Origin: Candidatus Saccharimonadia bacterium
Lineage (GTDB): Bacteria; Patescibacteriota; Saccharimonadia; CAILAD01; BJGX01
NCBI GenBank assembly: GCA_039738615.1
Contig: JBCLLP010000003.1
Span: forward strand, 1-46,366
DNA length: 46,366 nucleotides
Direction: 5' to 3'
Below the pieces are notes generated by a model that saw only the letters and a list, made by a program, of their open reading frames with translations, ran no database searches and was not told the origin of the DNA. Made by a program: the position numbers and the translations under genes. This document shows positions 37,095-45,600 of the stretch, piece after piece; the stretch's first letter is position 1, and each line of letters opens with the position of its first letter.

Positions 37095-37144
37095 CTTAGC
37101 AAAAGCCTATTACAAAAGTCCGGTAGCTAACTACCTCCTAATGC

Positions 37145-38380
37145 CTAGGGCATTAGGCTTTTTAGCACAGATTTGGCCCTAGATGCTACCCTACCTACAA
37201 TCCCACTCAGCTTTTTAGTCCTTTGTTCACTAGGACTATCCATATCTTCCAGCATCAGGCCAATAGCTGCAGCATAGCCTGGATCATTAATTTTATCAGT
37301 TACCCCAGTGTACTTACGAGATGATCCGATAGATGTAGGGAGTTTGACATAGCTTTCTAAAAAATCAGCTATTTCGGGCATATTTGCACCTCCACCTGTC
37401 AATACTACACCTGCGGCTAGTTGCCCTTTTTTGTCTACCCTAGAGATAGAATTAGCTATAATTGTAAACATCTCATTGCAACGGGCATATATTACTTTAT
37501 CTATGTCGTGCTTATAAACTATCCCCTTGCCCCCAAACTCAGCCAGATCAATCTTTTGTTGGTTTCTGGGGTTGGGTTTATGTGCCGTAGCGTATTTAAG
37601 TTTTACCTTCTCGGCGATATCGATACTAGTATGTAGGGCGTAGCCCAGGTCCTTGGTAATATAGTTAGCCCCAAAAGGCATTATAGTACTATAGGTGAGG
37701 TTTCCTTCCTGAAATATAACAAGCCCAGTAGTTTCTGAGCCAATATGTACCAATGCTACGCCTGTTTCTTTTTGTTTTTTAGTAAGCACTGTTCTAGCAG
37801 CTGCTAATGGGACTATTATTTGATTATTGATCTGGACGCCTGACCGAAATATGGCATTTTGGAGGTTCTTAAGGGCCGGAGAGGCCGTCGTTATGATATG
37901 TGTATCGACCTCTAGCCTAACGCCGTTCATACCGACAGGGTCCACAACACCTTCTTGTCCATCGACAATATAGCTTCCTGGTAAAACCTGCAATATTTCC
38001 CTGTTAGCTTCAAGATTTATTGCCGAAGATGCTTGCTCAACCCGAGCCAATTCCTCTTTGGTTATCTCGTGGTCTGCCCTAGAAACGGCAATGACTCCAC
38101 GCGAATTAAGGCTCTCTATATGGGCTCCGTCAACGGCAACAGTAGCTCTACCTATAGGGATGCCACTCATCCTTTCAGCACCCTCAAGGGCAGCGCTAAT
38201 AGAGCTGACTGTCTCCTCAACATCTACTACGACTCCTCGCCTTAACCCAGACGTAATAGCTTCACCAAGGCCAATAATGCTGGGGGTGGGCGAATCCTGC
38301 TGGTGTAAGCCAACCACGCAAATAACTCTGCTTGTCCCGATATCTAAACCAACAAAGGTTTCTTCGTTCTTAGCCATCAT
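37145..38380 (-). CDS. ftsA: Cell division protein FtsA
   Basis: GLDIGTS, GLRRGVVVD, DPVGM.G.RLE, AEKVK, VVLTGGGA; upstream of ftsZ. Confidence 0.96.
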   Translation of the reverse strand: MMAKNEETFVGLDIGTSRVICVVGLHQQDSPTPSIIGLGEAITSGLRRGVVVDVEETVSSISAALEGAERMSGIPIGRATVAVDGAHIESLNSRGVIAVSRADHEITKEELARVEQASSAINLEANREILQVLPGSYIVDGQEGVVDPVGMNGVRLEVDTHIITTASPALKNLQNAIFRSGVQINNQIIVPLAAARTVLTKKQKETGVALVHIGSETTGLVIFQEGNLTYSTIMPFGANYITKDLGYALHTSIDIAEKVKLKYATAHKPNPRNQQKIDLAEFGGKGIVYKHDIDKVIYARCNEMFTIIANSISRVDKKGQLAAGVVLTGGGANMPEIADFLESYVKLPTSIGSSRKYTGVTDKINDPGYAAAIGLMLEDMDSPSEQRTKKLSGIVGRVASRAKSVLKSLMP

Positions 38381-38420
38381 ATATTATTATTATACTCATT
38401 CTATGCTACGGCTGGCAAGG

Positions 38421-39170
38421 CTAGCTAGCGAGTACCTTACAACCATCCATAGTAACTAATAGCGTGTTCTCGAACTGCGCACTTAGCGAGCCGTCGCGAG
38501 TCATATAAGTCCAGCCGTCTTGGGCCAAATACAAGTCATGTGTGCCAATTGAGGCTATTGGCTCTATGGCTATCGTCATTCCAGCCCTAAGCACCTCTCC
38601 CGTACCTGCCCTACCATAATTAGCTATTACGGGGTCCTCATGAAGCTGGTGGCCTACCCCATGCCCGGTAAGGCTATAAATCGCCTTGAGGTCATGGCGC
38701 TTTAAGCTGTGCTCAATTGTTGAGCTTATATCGCCCACCATAACGCCATCTCTAACCAAGGCTATTGCTGCCTCCAGCGCTTCATAGCATCCAGCCATTA
38801 GCTTCTTGCCATCCCTACTGGGCCTTCCAATACTAATAGTCCTGGCAGCATCTGTAATCATGCCATTATAAGATACCCCATAATCAATCCCTACCAAATC
38901 TCCAGTCATTAATTTTCTTTTGTTAGGGAGGGCATGGACTATTTCATTATTAACCGAAACACAAACTCTACCCGGAAAGCCTTGGTAACCCAAAAAAGCT
39001 GGCACAGCCCCGTGGCTACGAGTATATTCGTCAGCAACACCATCTAACTCCTGGGAGGTTACTCCGGCTTTAGTCAACTTGCATAATTTATCTAGAACTT
39101 GCGTCAAAATCTCCCCACTTTTAGTCATATCCTTTAATTCTTGGCCGGTCTTAATTTTGATTGCTACCAC
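38421..39170 (-). CDS. map: Methionine aminopeptidase type I
   Basis: C.SVN.EIVH..P, ID.G…DAART, GHGVG..LHEDP, AIEP, SAQFE.T. Confidence 0.96.
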   Translation of the reverse strand: MVAIKIKTGQELKDMTKSGEILTQVLDKLCKLTKAGVTSQELDGVADEYTRSHGAVPAFLGYQGFPGRVCVSVNNEIVHALPNKRKLMTGDLVGIDYGVSYNGMITDAARTISIGRPSRDGKKLMAGCYEALEAAIALVRDGVMVGDISSTIEHSLKRHDLKAIYSLTGHGVGHQLHEDPVIANYGRAGTGEVLRAGMTIAIEPIASIGTHDLYLAQDGWTYMTRDGSLSAQFENTLLVTMDGCKVLAS

Positions 39171-39709
39171 CCCAGAGCCCCTTGAATTGCCCTTGATACA
39201 TCCTCTGGGCTACCACTACCATCAACTTCAACCAATACCCCCATAGATTGATAATATTCTACAACTTTATCTGTAAGGGCATGGAACACCCCTAATCGAT
39301 GTTCAATAATACCTAGGGTATCGTCAATACGGCCTCTCTTTAGAAGCCTACCCCTAGCTACATCATCTGATATATTTATAAATAATACTCTATCTAATAC
39401 CAGCTTAGCCGGGGAGATTTGGCCTGCCAGCCAAATGACCTGCTCTAATACCCGTGGGTAGCCATCGGATACTATATATGAACCTTGGGGGGCACTATTT
39501 ATACCGTGCTCTAGTAGCGCATTGACTTTTACGTTATCTGCTAAATCACCGGCCTTCAGGCTAACAGCTAGGCTCGGGTCAGATTCGGATTGCTTACGAA
39601 CCATATCGCCAACTCGTATCACGCTAAGGCTTCGTCGCTTGGCTAATATGGCAATTTGGGTATCCTTGCCAGAGCCTGGCATGCCAATAATTACCAATAG
39701 ATTTTTCAT
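39164..39709 (-). CDS. adk: Adenylate kinase family (short, lid-less)
   Basis: GMPGSGK.TQ, GD.VR, DGYPR..EQ, RGR.DD; adjacent to map. Confidence 0.85.
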   Translation of the reverse strand: MKNLLVIIGMPGSGKDTQIAILAKRRSLSVIRVGDMVRKQSESDPSLAVSLKAGDLADNVKVNALLEHGINSAPQGSYIVSDGYPRVLEQVIWLAGQISPAKLVLDRVLFINISDDVARGRLLKRGRIDDTLGIIEHRLGVFHALTDKVVEYYQSMGVLVEVDGSGSPEDVSRAIQGALGW

Positions 39710-40074
39710 CTTTTGAGGCTAATTATTAAATCCCACAGCGGCGGCACAAAGACAAACAGGGCTACAATTACTGCCCCAAGTGCCGTAACTAATACTCCAG
39801 CTGCCGTCATATCTTTAATTATCTGCACCAGATGGTTGTTCTCCTGGCTTACTAAATCTAATGTTTTCTCAATGGCGGTATTAAGTATTTCTGCTGAAAA
39901 AACCACCACAATTGCTAGCACTACAAATAAAAATTGAGTGGGGGATACCTTTAATAAGACCGATAAAATTACTGCTATCAGGGCAAACGCCAGGTGAATA
40001 CGGGCATTACGCTCGGAGCTTATAACTTCCTTTAAGCCCCTAATGGCGTACTTAAAACTTGCTTTTGTTACCAT
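39706..40074 (-). CDS. dgkA: Diacylglycerol/undecaprenol kinase family
   Basis: SF.YA..G…E.N..IH, E..NTAIE..LD, KD..AA.V. Confidence 0.92.
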   Translation of the reverse strand: MVTKASFKYAIRGLKEVISSERNARIHLAFALIAVILSVLLKVSPTQFLFVVLAIVVVFSAEILNTAIEKTLDLVSQENNHLVQIIKDMTAAGVLVTALGAVIVALFVFVPPLWDLIISLKR

Positions 40075-40511
40075 TTAAAATCTCTGTATTCATAATTAAG
40101 TACTTTCATGATACCACCTTGAAGCTTATCTAGACTAGCTATTTGTTGGTTATTCTGGTGGTCATATCCTAGCAAATGCAGTACGCCGTGAATTACAAGC
40201 AGGGATAGCTCGGACTTTAAATCTTGGTGATGCTCTCTAGCCTGGACTTTGGCGATATCCTCGCAAACCGCAATATCTCCCAGTATCTCGGCTTGGTCAT
40301 TACTATTGTACTGGAAGCTTAAAACGTCGGTGGTGTAGTCGTTGCCAGCGTAGCGCCTATTAAGCTGGCGAATTGTTTTAGAGCTAACAACGCTTAAGCC
40401 TATTGTGACCGATTGCTGCTCTTTGAGATTCTCACAAATAGCTAAAGCAATTGAGTCCAGCTGGCCTGGCGTTAGTGGGCTTTTGCCTTCAACATTAAAT
40501 CTTATTGTCAT
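40068..40511 (-). CDS. ybeY: rRNA maturation factor YbeY
   Basis: TDVLSF, LGDI, HGVLHLLGYDH. Confidence 0.96.
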   Translation of the reverse strand: MTIRFNVEGKSPLTPGQLDSIALAICENLKEQQSVTIGLSVVSSKTIRQLNRRYAGNDYTTDVLSFQYNSNDQAEILGDIAVCEDIAKVQAREHHQDLKSELSLLVIHGVLHLLGYDHQNNQQIASLDKLQGGIMKVLNYEYRDFKW

Positions 40512-40514
40512 AGT

Positions 40515-40958
40515 CTAGCTCAATTTTTGCTTGGCTACTTGAGCAATAATACTAGCATTTGCTTGGCCGTTAGTCTTTTGAAAGACCATCCCTATAACCT
40601 TGCCCATATCTGCTGGGCCTTGGGCGTTAATCTCAGTAATGGCACTAGCTACGGCCTTTTCAATTTGCTCTTGGCTCATTTGCTCTGGCAAATATTGCTC
40701 TATCACCTCTAGCTCAGCTTTCTCCTCGTCCACTAAGTCCTGGCGACTAGCTGTTTGGTAGGAGCTAATAGAATCTTGATGTTTTTTGGCTTCTTTTTGG
40801 AGGACTGCCAAGGCCTCTGGCATAGTCAGGTCATGCCCTAGCTCGATCTCATAATTCTTCATCGCACTTTTAAGCAAACGCAGGGTTGTAATCCTAACCT
40901 CATCTCGAAGCTTCATCGCCTCTGCTAAGTCAAATTCCAGCTGATCGGTTAGTTCCAC
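40515..40958 (-). CDS. yqeY: GatB/YqeY domain protein
   Basis: AMK.RD…LR, E..E..VI..YLPEQ, DMGKV.G; follows rpsU. Confidence 0.92.
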   Translation of the reverse strand: MELTDQLEFDLAEAMKLRDEVRITTLRLLKSAMKNYEIELGHDLTMPEALAVLQKEAKKHQDSISSYQTASRQDLVDEEKAELEVIEQYLPEQMSQEQIEKAVASAITEINAQGPADMGKVIGMVFQKTNGQANASIIAQVAKQKLS

Positions 40959-41167
40959 TACTGAGCTCTGATTAGTTCGCGGATTTTCTGTTCTTTGCGG
41001 ATTCTTTTGCGAATAGCTATCTGTCGAGCTTCGGTCTTAGAGATAGGTTTCTGGAAGTATTTTTTTTGTCGGGCGGTAGTTAAAATGCCTGACTGGATGA
41101 TTTTCTTGTTAAACCTTCTAATGAGGTTTTCTACCGACTCGTCGTCTTTTCTGGTGACCTGTAACAA
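40958..41167 (-). CDS. rpsU: 30S ribosomal protein S21
   Basis: ES.E.LIRRF.K…ARQKKYF.KP; TTG start with AAGGAG RBS; upstream of yqeY. Confidence 0.88.
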   Translation of the reverse strand: MLQVTRKDDESVENLIRRFNKKIIQSGILTTARQKKYFQKPISKTEARQIAIRKRIRKEQKIRELIRAQ

Positions 41168-41233
41168 ATTATGCTCCTTAAATATTAGTTGTATCTGTAA
41201 TCTGTATCATTTTAGCTGATAATGCCATAAAAC

Positions 41234-42502
41234 TCAAGCCTTAAGTATGCTATGTAGGTTTTTAACTAGTGTGTCTTGCTTTTCGGTGTGCTGATTCCCG
41301 GAGCTCATATCCTTGACTATGACCTCATTAAGCTTGGCTTCGCGATTGCCAATCACTACTGCATAACGGGCTTTTTTCTTGGCTGCGATTGCCAACTGGT
41401 CGCCAATGGATTTTTTAGTAAAATTAGCACTTGTCTTGATGCTGGCATCAAGCAATAACTCGCAGATAACCTCAGCATAATTTGTAGCGTCTTTGCCAAT
41501 AGCAACCACAAAAACATCCACGCCATTTTCGTCGGGCTGAAACCCATTAGCCTCTAATTCCATTTTGAGTCTCTCGAGACCTAATCCAAAGCCGACGGCT
41601 GGCGTATCAACCCCTCCTAGCTGGCTCACCAGAGAATCATAGCGCCCTCCTCCTCCAAGGCTATCACGGGCCTGATTGCCCGTGGAGACATACTCAAACA
41701 CCGTATCGTTGTAGTAGTCTAGCCCCCTGACCAGCCTAGAATTAAGCTCATAGCTTATCCCGCAGCCCTCTAGCATCTCAAGAATTGACTGGAATCGTAC
41801 CGATGAATCCTTACTCAAATAGTCTAGAATATGGGGAGCATCTACTATCATCTCTATTATTTTGCTGTCCTTGCTATCAAGTATCCTGAGTGGATTAGTG
41901 CCTAGCTGGGCTAAATTATTATCTGGCAAATCCTTACTATACTTTTCAAAATACCTCTGTAAAACAGCCACGTACTTACTGCGGTCGTCCAGAGTACCGA
42001 TACTATTGATAGCTACATTATGCTCGATTCCTAAAGTAGTGAGCACTCTTGAGCCGAGGCTAATGGTGTGGACATCACTAGTGGCATTAGCATCGCCAAA
42101 TATCTCTAGGCCTAATTGGTGGTGCTGGCGATATCGTCCAGCCTGCGGACGCTCATAGCGAAAGTGGGGTTCAATATAATATAGCGCTACTGGTTTAGGC
42201 AAGCTAGCCAGCCCATTCTGGATGTAAGCCCGGACCATGCCTGCAGTACTCTCCGGCTTGAGCGTCAGGCTATTATTAGACTTATCCATAAAGCTATACA
42301 TTTCCTTGCTGACCACTTCAGTTTGCTCACCTACGGCTCCAGTAAATAGCTCCGTGCTTTCTAGGATGGGTGTAGAAATTCTGTCAATGCCAGCATCTCT
42401 ACATATTCGAACATAAGTCTCGGTAATATAGCTCCAGAGCTTTTGGTCGGCTGGCAGGAGATCCTGCATTCCACGTGGCTTTTGATACTTTGATTGTGAC
42501 AT
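41234..42502 (-). CDS. hisS: Histidyl-tRNA synthetase
   Basis: PRGMQD, KEMY.F, FRYERPQAGRYRQ, LVRGLDYY, GGGRYD, GFGLGLER. Confidence 0.97.
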   Translation of the reverse strand: MSQSKYQKPRGMQDLLPADQKLWSYITETYVRICRDAGIDRISTPILESTELFTGAVGEQTEVVSKEMYSFMDKSNNSLTLKPESTAGMVRAYIQNGLASLPKPVALYYIEPHFRYERPQAGRYRQHHQLGLEIFGDANATSDVHTISLGSRVLTTLGIEHNVAINSIGTLDDRSKYVAVLQRYFEKYSKDLPDNNLAQLGTNPLRILDSKDSKIIEMIVDAPHILDYLSKDSSVRFQSILEMLEGCGISYELNSRLVRGLDYYNDTVFEYVSTGNQARDSLGGGGRYDSLVSQLGGVDTPAVGFGLGLERLKMELEANGFQPDENGVDVFVVAIGKDATNYAEVICELLLDASIKTSANFTKKSIGDQLAIAAKKKARYAVVIGNREAKLNEVIVKDMSSGNQHTEKQDTLVKNLHSILKA

Positions 42503-42693
42503 ATTACTATTCTACTATAAAACTAGTTTTTTAATGAATGTTTGGCGTGCTAGGCTGTATAATTTTGGGATTATATAAAAATGTCCACGCCACATAAAGC
42601 GATACATAGCCTTAGGTATGTAGCCTATATAATTCCCTGCAAATATGACATAGGGTAGCACTCTAAAGGAGTAGGCAGTTATAAATATATGCC

Positions 42694-44397
42694 TTAATTA
42701 GGCTTGTATGTACTATTTTTGTGCTCGCTAGGGTGCATATCAATTAGCTCTAGCTGATGCGTTTTGCGGTCTTGCCAAATATTTTCTGAGAGCTCAAATA
42801 CTACCTCAATATTATGGCCTTTTTGTAGCCACCCGTAATTACTGGCCATACCAAACCCAATAGCCGTATGAGTTATATTGTTTTCGTCGCGCAATAATAA
42901 TCGCAAATGAGAGGCATCGCTCCCCACCAGCCTAATTTGCTCTACTTCATACACTCCACAACAATAGGGCTTTTTATTAGAATTGCCAAAGGGTGCTAGT
43001 TTAGCTATTTGCTCATAGAGCTCTAGCGAGGCTTGGGTGCCAGTTAGTTTAATGCCCACAGGCAGGGTCTTAAAATTGTTTTTGACATCCATATTGGCAA
43101 TAGTGTACTCTACGATCCGGTACCTCAGTTCGCCTATTCTTTCCGTATCTAGCTTAAGTCCAGCAGCAAAGCTATGCCCTCCAAAGCTTTCTATGATTTT
43201 ATGGCAAGATTGAATTGCCTGAACTATATTAAAAGTGTTAAAGCTTCTGGCTGAGCCTTTAGCTGTCTTGCCTAGCTCCTGTAAGATAATTGTAGGCTTA
43301 TGATACTTTTCGGCAATCCTACTTGCTACTATGCCCACTACTCCTTGTGACCAATCGGGGCTAGATAACACTAGTATCGGCTGGCTCTTATATTGCTTGG
43401 CTTGCTCACTGGCCTCGGCATAGATAGTTTTGGTGTCTTCTTGGCGTTTGGTATTGAGCTCACTGAGCTCCTGGGCAATCTTAGTGGCGTCTTTAATATC
43501 CGTTGATATTAGCAAATCAAGAGCTTTCCTGGCATGGGCTAGCCTGCCAGCGGCATTAAGGCGAGGCCCTAGCTTAAACCCTAGGTCTGTTTCGCTGGCT
43601 AATGATAAATCAACACCGCTAGCGGTGGCAAGTGCGATGATACCAACTCGTCGTGATATTTTAAGTACTTTTAGCCCATTTTTAGCCAGCACTCTATTGT
43701 CTCCCACTAACGGCACCACATCACAGATAGTTCCTAGTGCCACCAAATCTAGTAGCCACTTTTCCTGGCCGGGCTTAAATAGCTTGGATTTTTGAATTAG
43801 GGCTCTCACCAAATAAAACGCCACGCCAACTCCTGCCAAATCTCTCAATTTACTTTCCTTAGTAAGCTTGGGGTTAACGCAAGCCACCGCACCCTTAGGG
43901 GCATCTCCGTCCGGCTCATGGTGGTCTGTAATAATCAAGTCAAGCCCCATCTTGTGAGCCTGGCTAGCCTGCTTATGGGCCGTAGTGCCACAATCTACCG
44001 TAATTACCAAATCCACTCCTTGAGCCTTGAGCTTTTCAAGTGCTTTGGTATTGAGTCCATAGCCTTCGTCAAATCTATCTGGTATATACAGAGCTGGCTT
44101 GGATCCCATCTGGCTTAGGGCGTCATAGAGTAGTGCACAAGAGCTAAGCCCATCTATATCATAATCTCCATAAATTGTAATTTGTTGTTTTTCTTTGATT
44201 GCCAGAAGTATTCTCTTAACGGCCTTGTCCATATCTTTTAGCCCATAGGGGTCATGCAGGCCATCTTCATAGCTAGCAATAACAAACTCATTAGCCTCCT
44301 GGCTACTTAAACCTCGTTTCAATAACAAATCACTAGCGACATCGCTAATTATATCAACATCAATGGCCAGAGATTTATCCCAGATAGTTTTAGGCAT
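42694..44397 (-). CDS. recJ: ssDNA exonuclease RecJ
   Basis: YGDYDIDG, EGYGL, TVDCG, ITDHH, PRLNAAGR, GSARS, GGH..AAG. Confidence 0.97.
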   Translation of the reverse strand: MPKTIWDKSLAIDVDIISDVASDLLLKRGLSSQEANEFVIASYEDGLHDPYGLKDMDKAVKRILLAIKEKQQITIYGDYDIDGLSSCALLYDALSQMGSKPALYIPDRFDEGYGLNTKALEKLKAQGVDLVITVDCGTTAHKQASQAHKMGLDLIITDHHEPDGDAPKGAVACVNPKLTKESKLRDLAGVGVAFYLVRALIQKSKLFKPGQEKWLLDLVALGTICDVVPLVGDNRVLAKNGLKVLKISRRVGIIALATASGVDLSLASETDLGFKLGPRLNAAGRLAHARKALDLLISTDIKDATKIAQELSELNTKRQEDTKTIYAEASEQAKQYKSQPILVLSSPDWSQGVVGIVASRIAEKYHKPTIILQELGKTAKGSARSFNTFNIVQAIQSCHKIIESFGGHSFAAGLKLDTERIGELRYRIVEYTIANMDVKNNFKTLPVGIKLTGTQASLELYEQIAKLAPFGNSNKKPYCCGVYEVEQIRLVGSDASHLRLLLRDENNITHTAIGFGMASNYGWLQKGHNIEVVFELSENIWQDRKTHQLELIDMHPSEHKNSTYKPN

Positions 44398-44446
44398 AAA
44401 TATAGTCTAGACTACTACGCCATAAAATACTAAATTAACGAGCTTT

Positions 44447-44623
44447 TTAGTTCTGCGAGAAAAAGTACGAGCTAGATCTTGACTTAAAATTATCTGGAGC
44501 CGTAGCTATATAGCGCTTTCGTTGGCTTTCTAGGTACGCCCTAGTATCAGAATTTTTTTGCTTTTTATCAGAAATAAATTCATAGCGCTTAATATTATTG
44601 ATTATTTTTTGTATTTGTTTCAT
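44447..44623 (-). CDS. Small basic hypothetical protein (58 aa)
   Basis: AAGGAG RBS 5 nt before ATG 44623; directly downstream of the wHTH gene. Confidence 0.55.
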   Translation of the reverse strand: MKQIQKIINNIKRYEFISDKKQKNSDTRAYLESQRKRYIATAPDNFKSRSSSYFFSQN

Positions 44624-44651
44624 AACCACTCCTTTTTATTTTTAAATCACA

Positions 44652-44924
44652 TCATACCCTCTTACTAGATGTCTTTAGGACCATATTTTGTAACTCCTTA
44701 AAAAGTATGAAGTTTTGGTTGACTCCATAAACCTTGGTGTTAGCTTCCTTAAAAGCCTTAACATAACCAATCTTCTCGAGCCTTGCTAGCTCTCGGCTAA
44801 TATTCCCAGGATCCTCTTTGGTAATTTTTGCCAGACCTCTAATATGTATCCGATAGTCAGGATACTTACTAAATAGGGTAATAATCTTGCGTCTGGTCTT
44901 GGATGTAATAAAATACTGTAGCAT
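44652..44924 (-). CDS. Stand-alone winged-helix (ArsR/MarR-like) DNA-binding protein
   Basis: SKTRRKII.LF…HIRGLAK…GNISREL.RLE..G.V…G/N.K.Y pattern. Confidence 0.8.
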   Translation of the reverse strand: MLQYFITSKTRRKIITLFSKYPDYRIHIRGLAKITKEDPGNISRELARLEKIGYVKAFKEANTKVYGVNQNFILFKELQNMVLKTSSKRV

Positions 44925-44974
44925 TTATGTTTTTTACTCACTCCTAACTTACTTATCTACTATTATATCACCAA

Positions 44975-44989
44975 TTGTTAAATTAACAA
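44975..44989. promoter_or_regulatory. Palindromic operator candidate TTGTTA-AAT-TAACAA
   Basis: Perfect 6-3-6 inverted repeat between divergent extended -10 boxes (44962-44970 minus; 45014-45022 plus). Confidence 0.45.
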
Positions 44990-45048
44990 CGGCTTTTGTA
45001 GTTATGATTTATGTGCTAGAATTAACTTAATAACCATTAGAAAGATAT

Positions 45049-45573
45049 ATGGATAGATACTGCTCAGAATGTAATACAACTATGACGCCAAGCTTGGTGG
45101 GATATTTGTGCTCAAACTGTGGCAATCTCCAGAGGTTCTACACATCTAGTGACTCTATGGCTCAAATAACTACCCTACCTAGCATCGAGAAAGTCACAGT
45201 GGCTTCAGGTAGTTATACTGCTAGCTCTGTCAGTCCATTGGCTCCAGATACTACCCCAAATCCAATGCGATCTATCCTAAAGCGGCTCTTAGTGCCTGAG
45301 CTATCACCACCCCACCCTCACCAGACTCTAGCCATTGCCGATGAGCCGAGCATGCAAGACAACGATAATATTGGTGCTCCACTCCCAGCTATTGAGCCAC
45401 TATCATCAAGCCCCTCCATTGGCATTTCCAACACCAAGGACTCCGTCAATTCCCAGCATTCAGCTAGCAGACATAGCTCAAATAATGGCTGGATTTGGAT
45501 AATAGCTAGCCTTGTAGCTTTAGCTATTTTAGCACTAGCATTATATCTTTACTGGGATATTTACTGGGCTTAA
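45049..45573 (+). CDS. Hypothetical protein: N-terminal zinc ribbon, Ser/Pro-rich linker, C-terminal TM
   Basis: CSEC…CSNC, low-complexity middle region, WIWIIASLVALAILALALYLYW tail. Confidence 0.75.
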   Translation: MDRYCSECNTTMTPSLVGYLCSNCGNLQRFYTSSDSMAQITTLPSIEKVTVASGSYTASSVSPLAPDTTPNPMRSILKRLLVPELSPPHPHQTLAIADEPSMQDNDNIGAPLPAIEPLSSSPSIGISNTKDSVNSQHSASRHSSNNGWIWIIASLVALAILALALYLYWDIYWA

Positions 45574-45600
45574 CTGCACCATCAATTTTAATAATAAAGC

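Noticed and set aside
42503-42693. 190-bp recJ-hisS spacer as a T-box, His leader peptide or IS200 remnant
   Set aside because: No UGGNACC bulge and no His-codon run. There is only a short hairpin (TACATA…TATGTA) and a vague CKY.I resemblance to TnpA.
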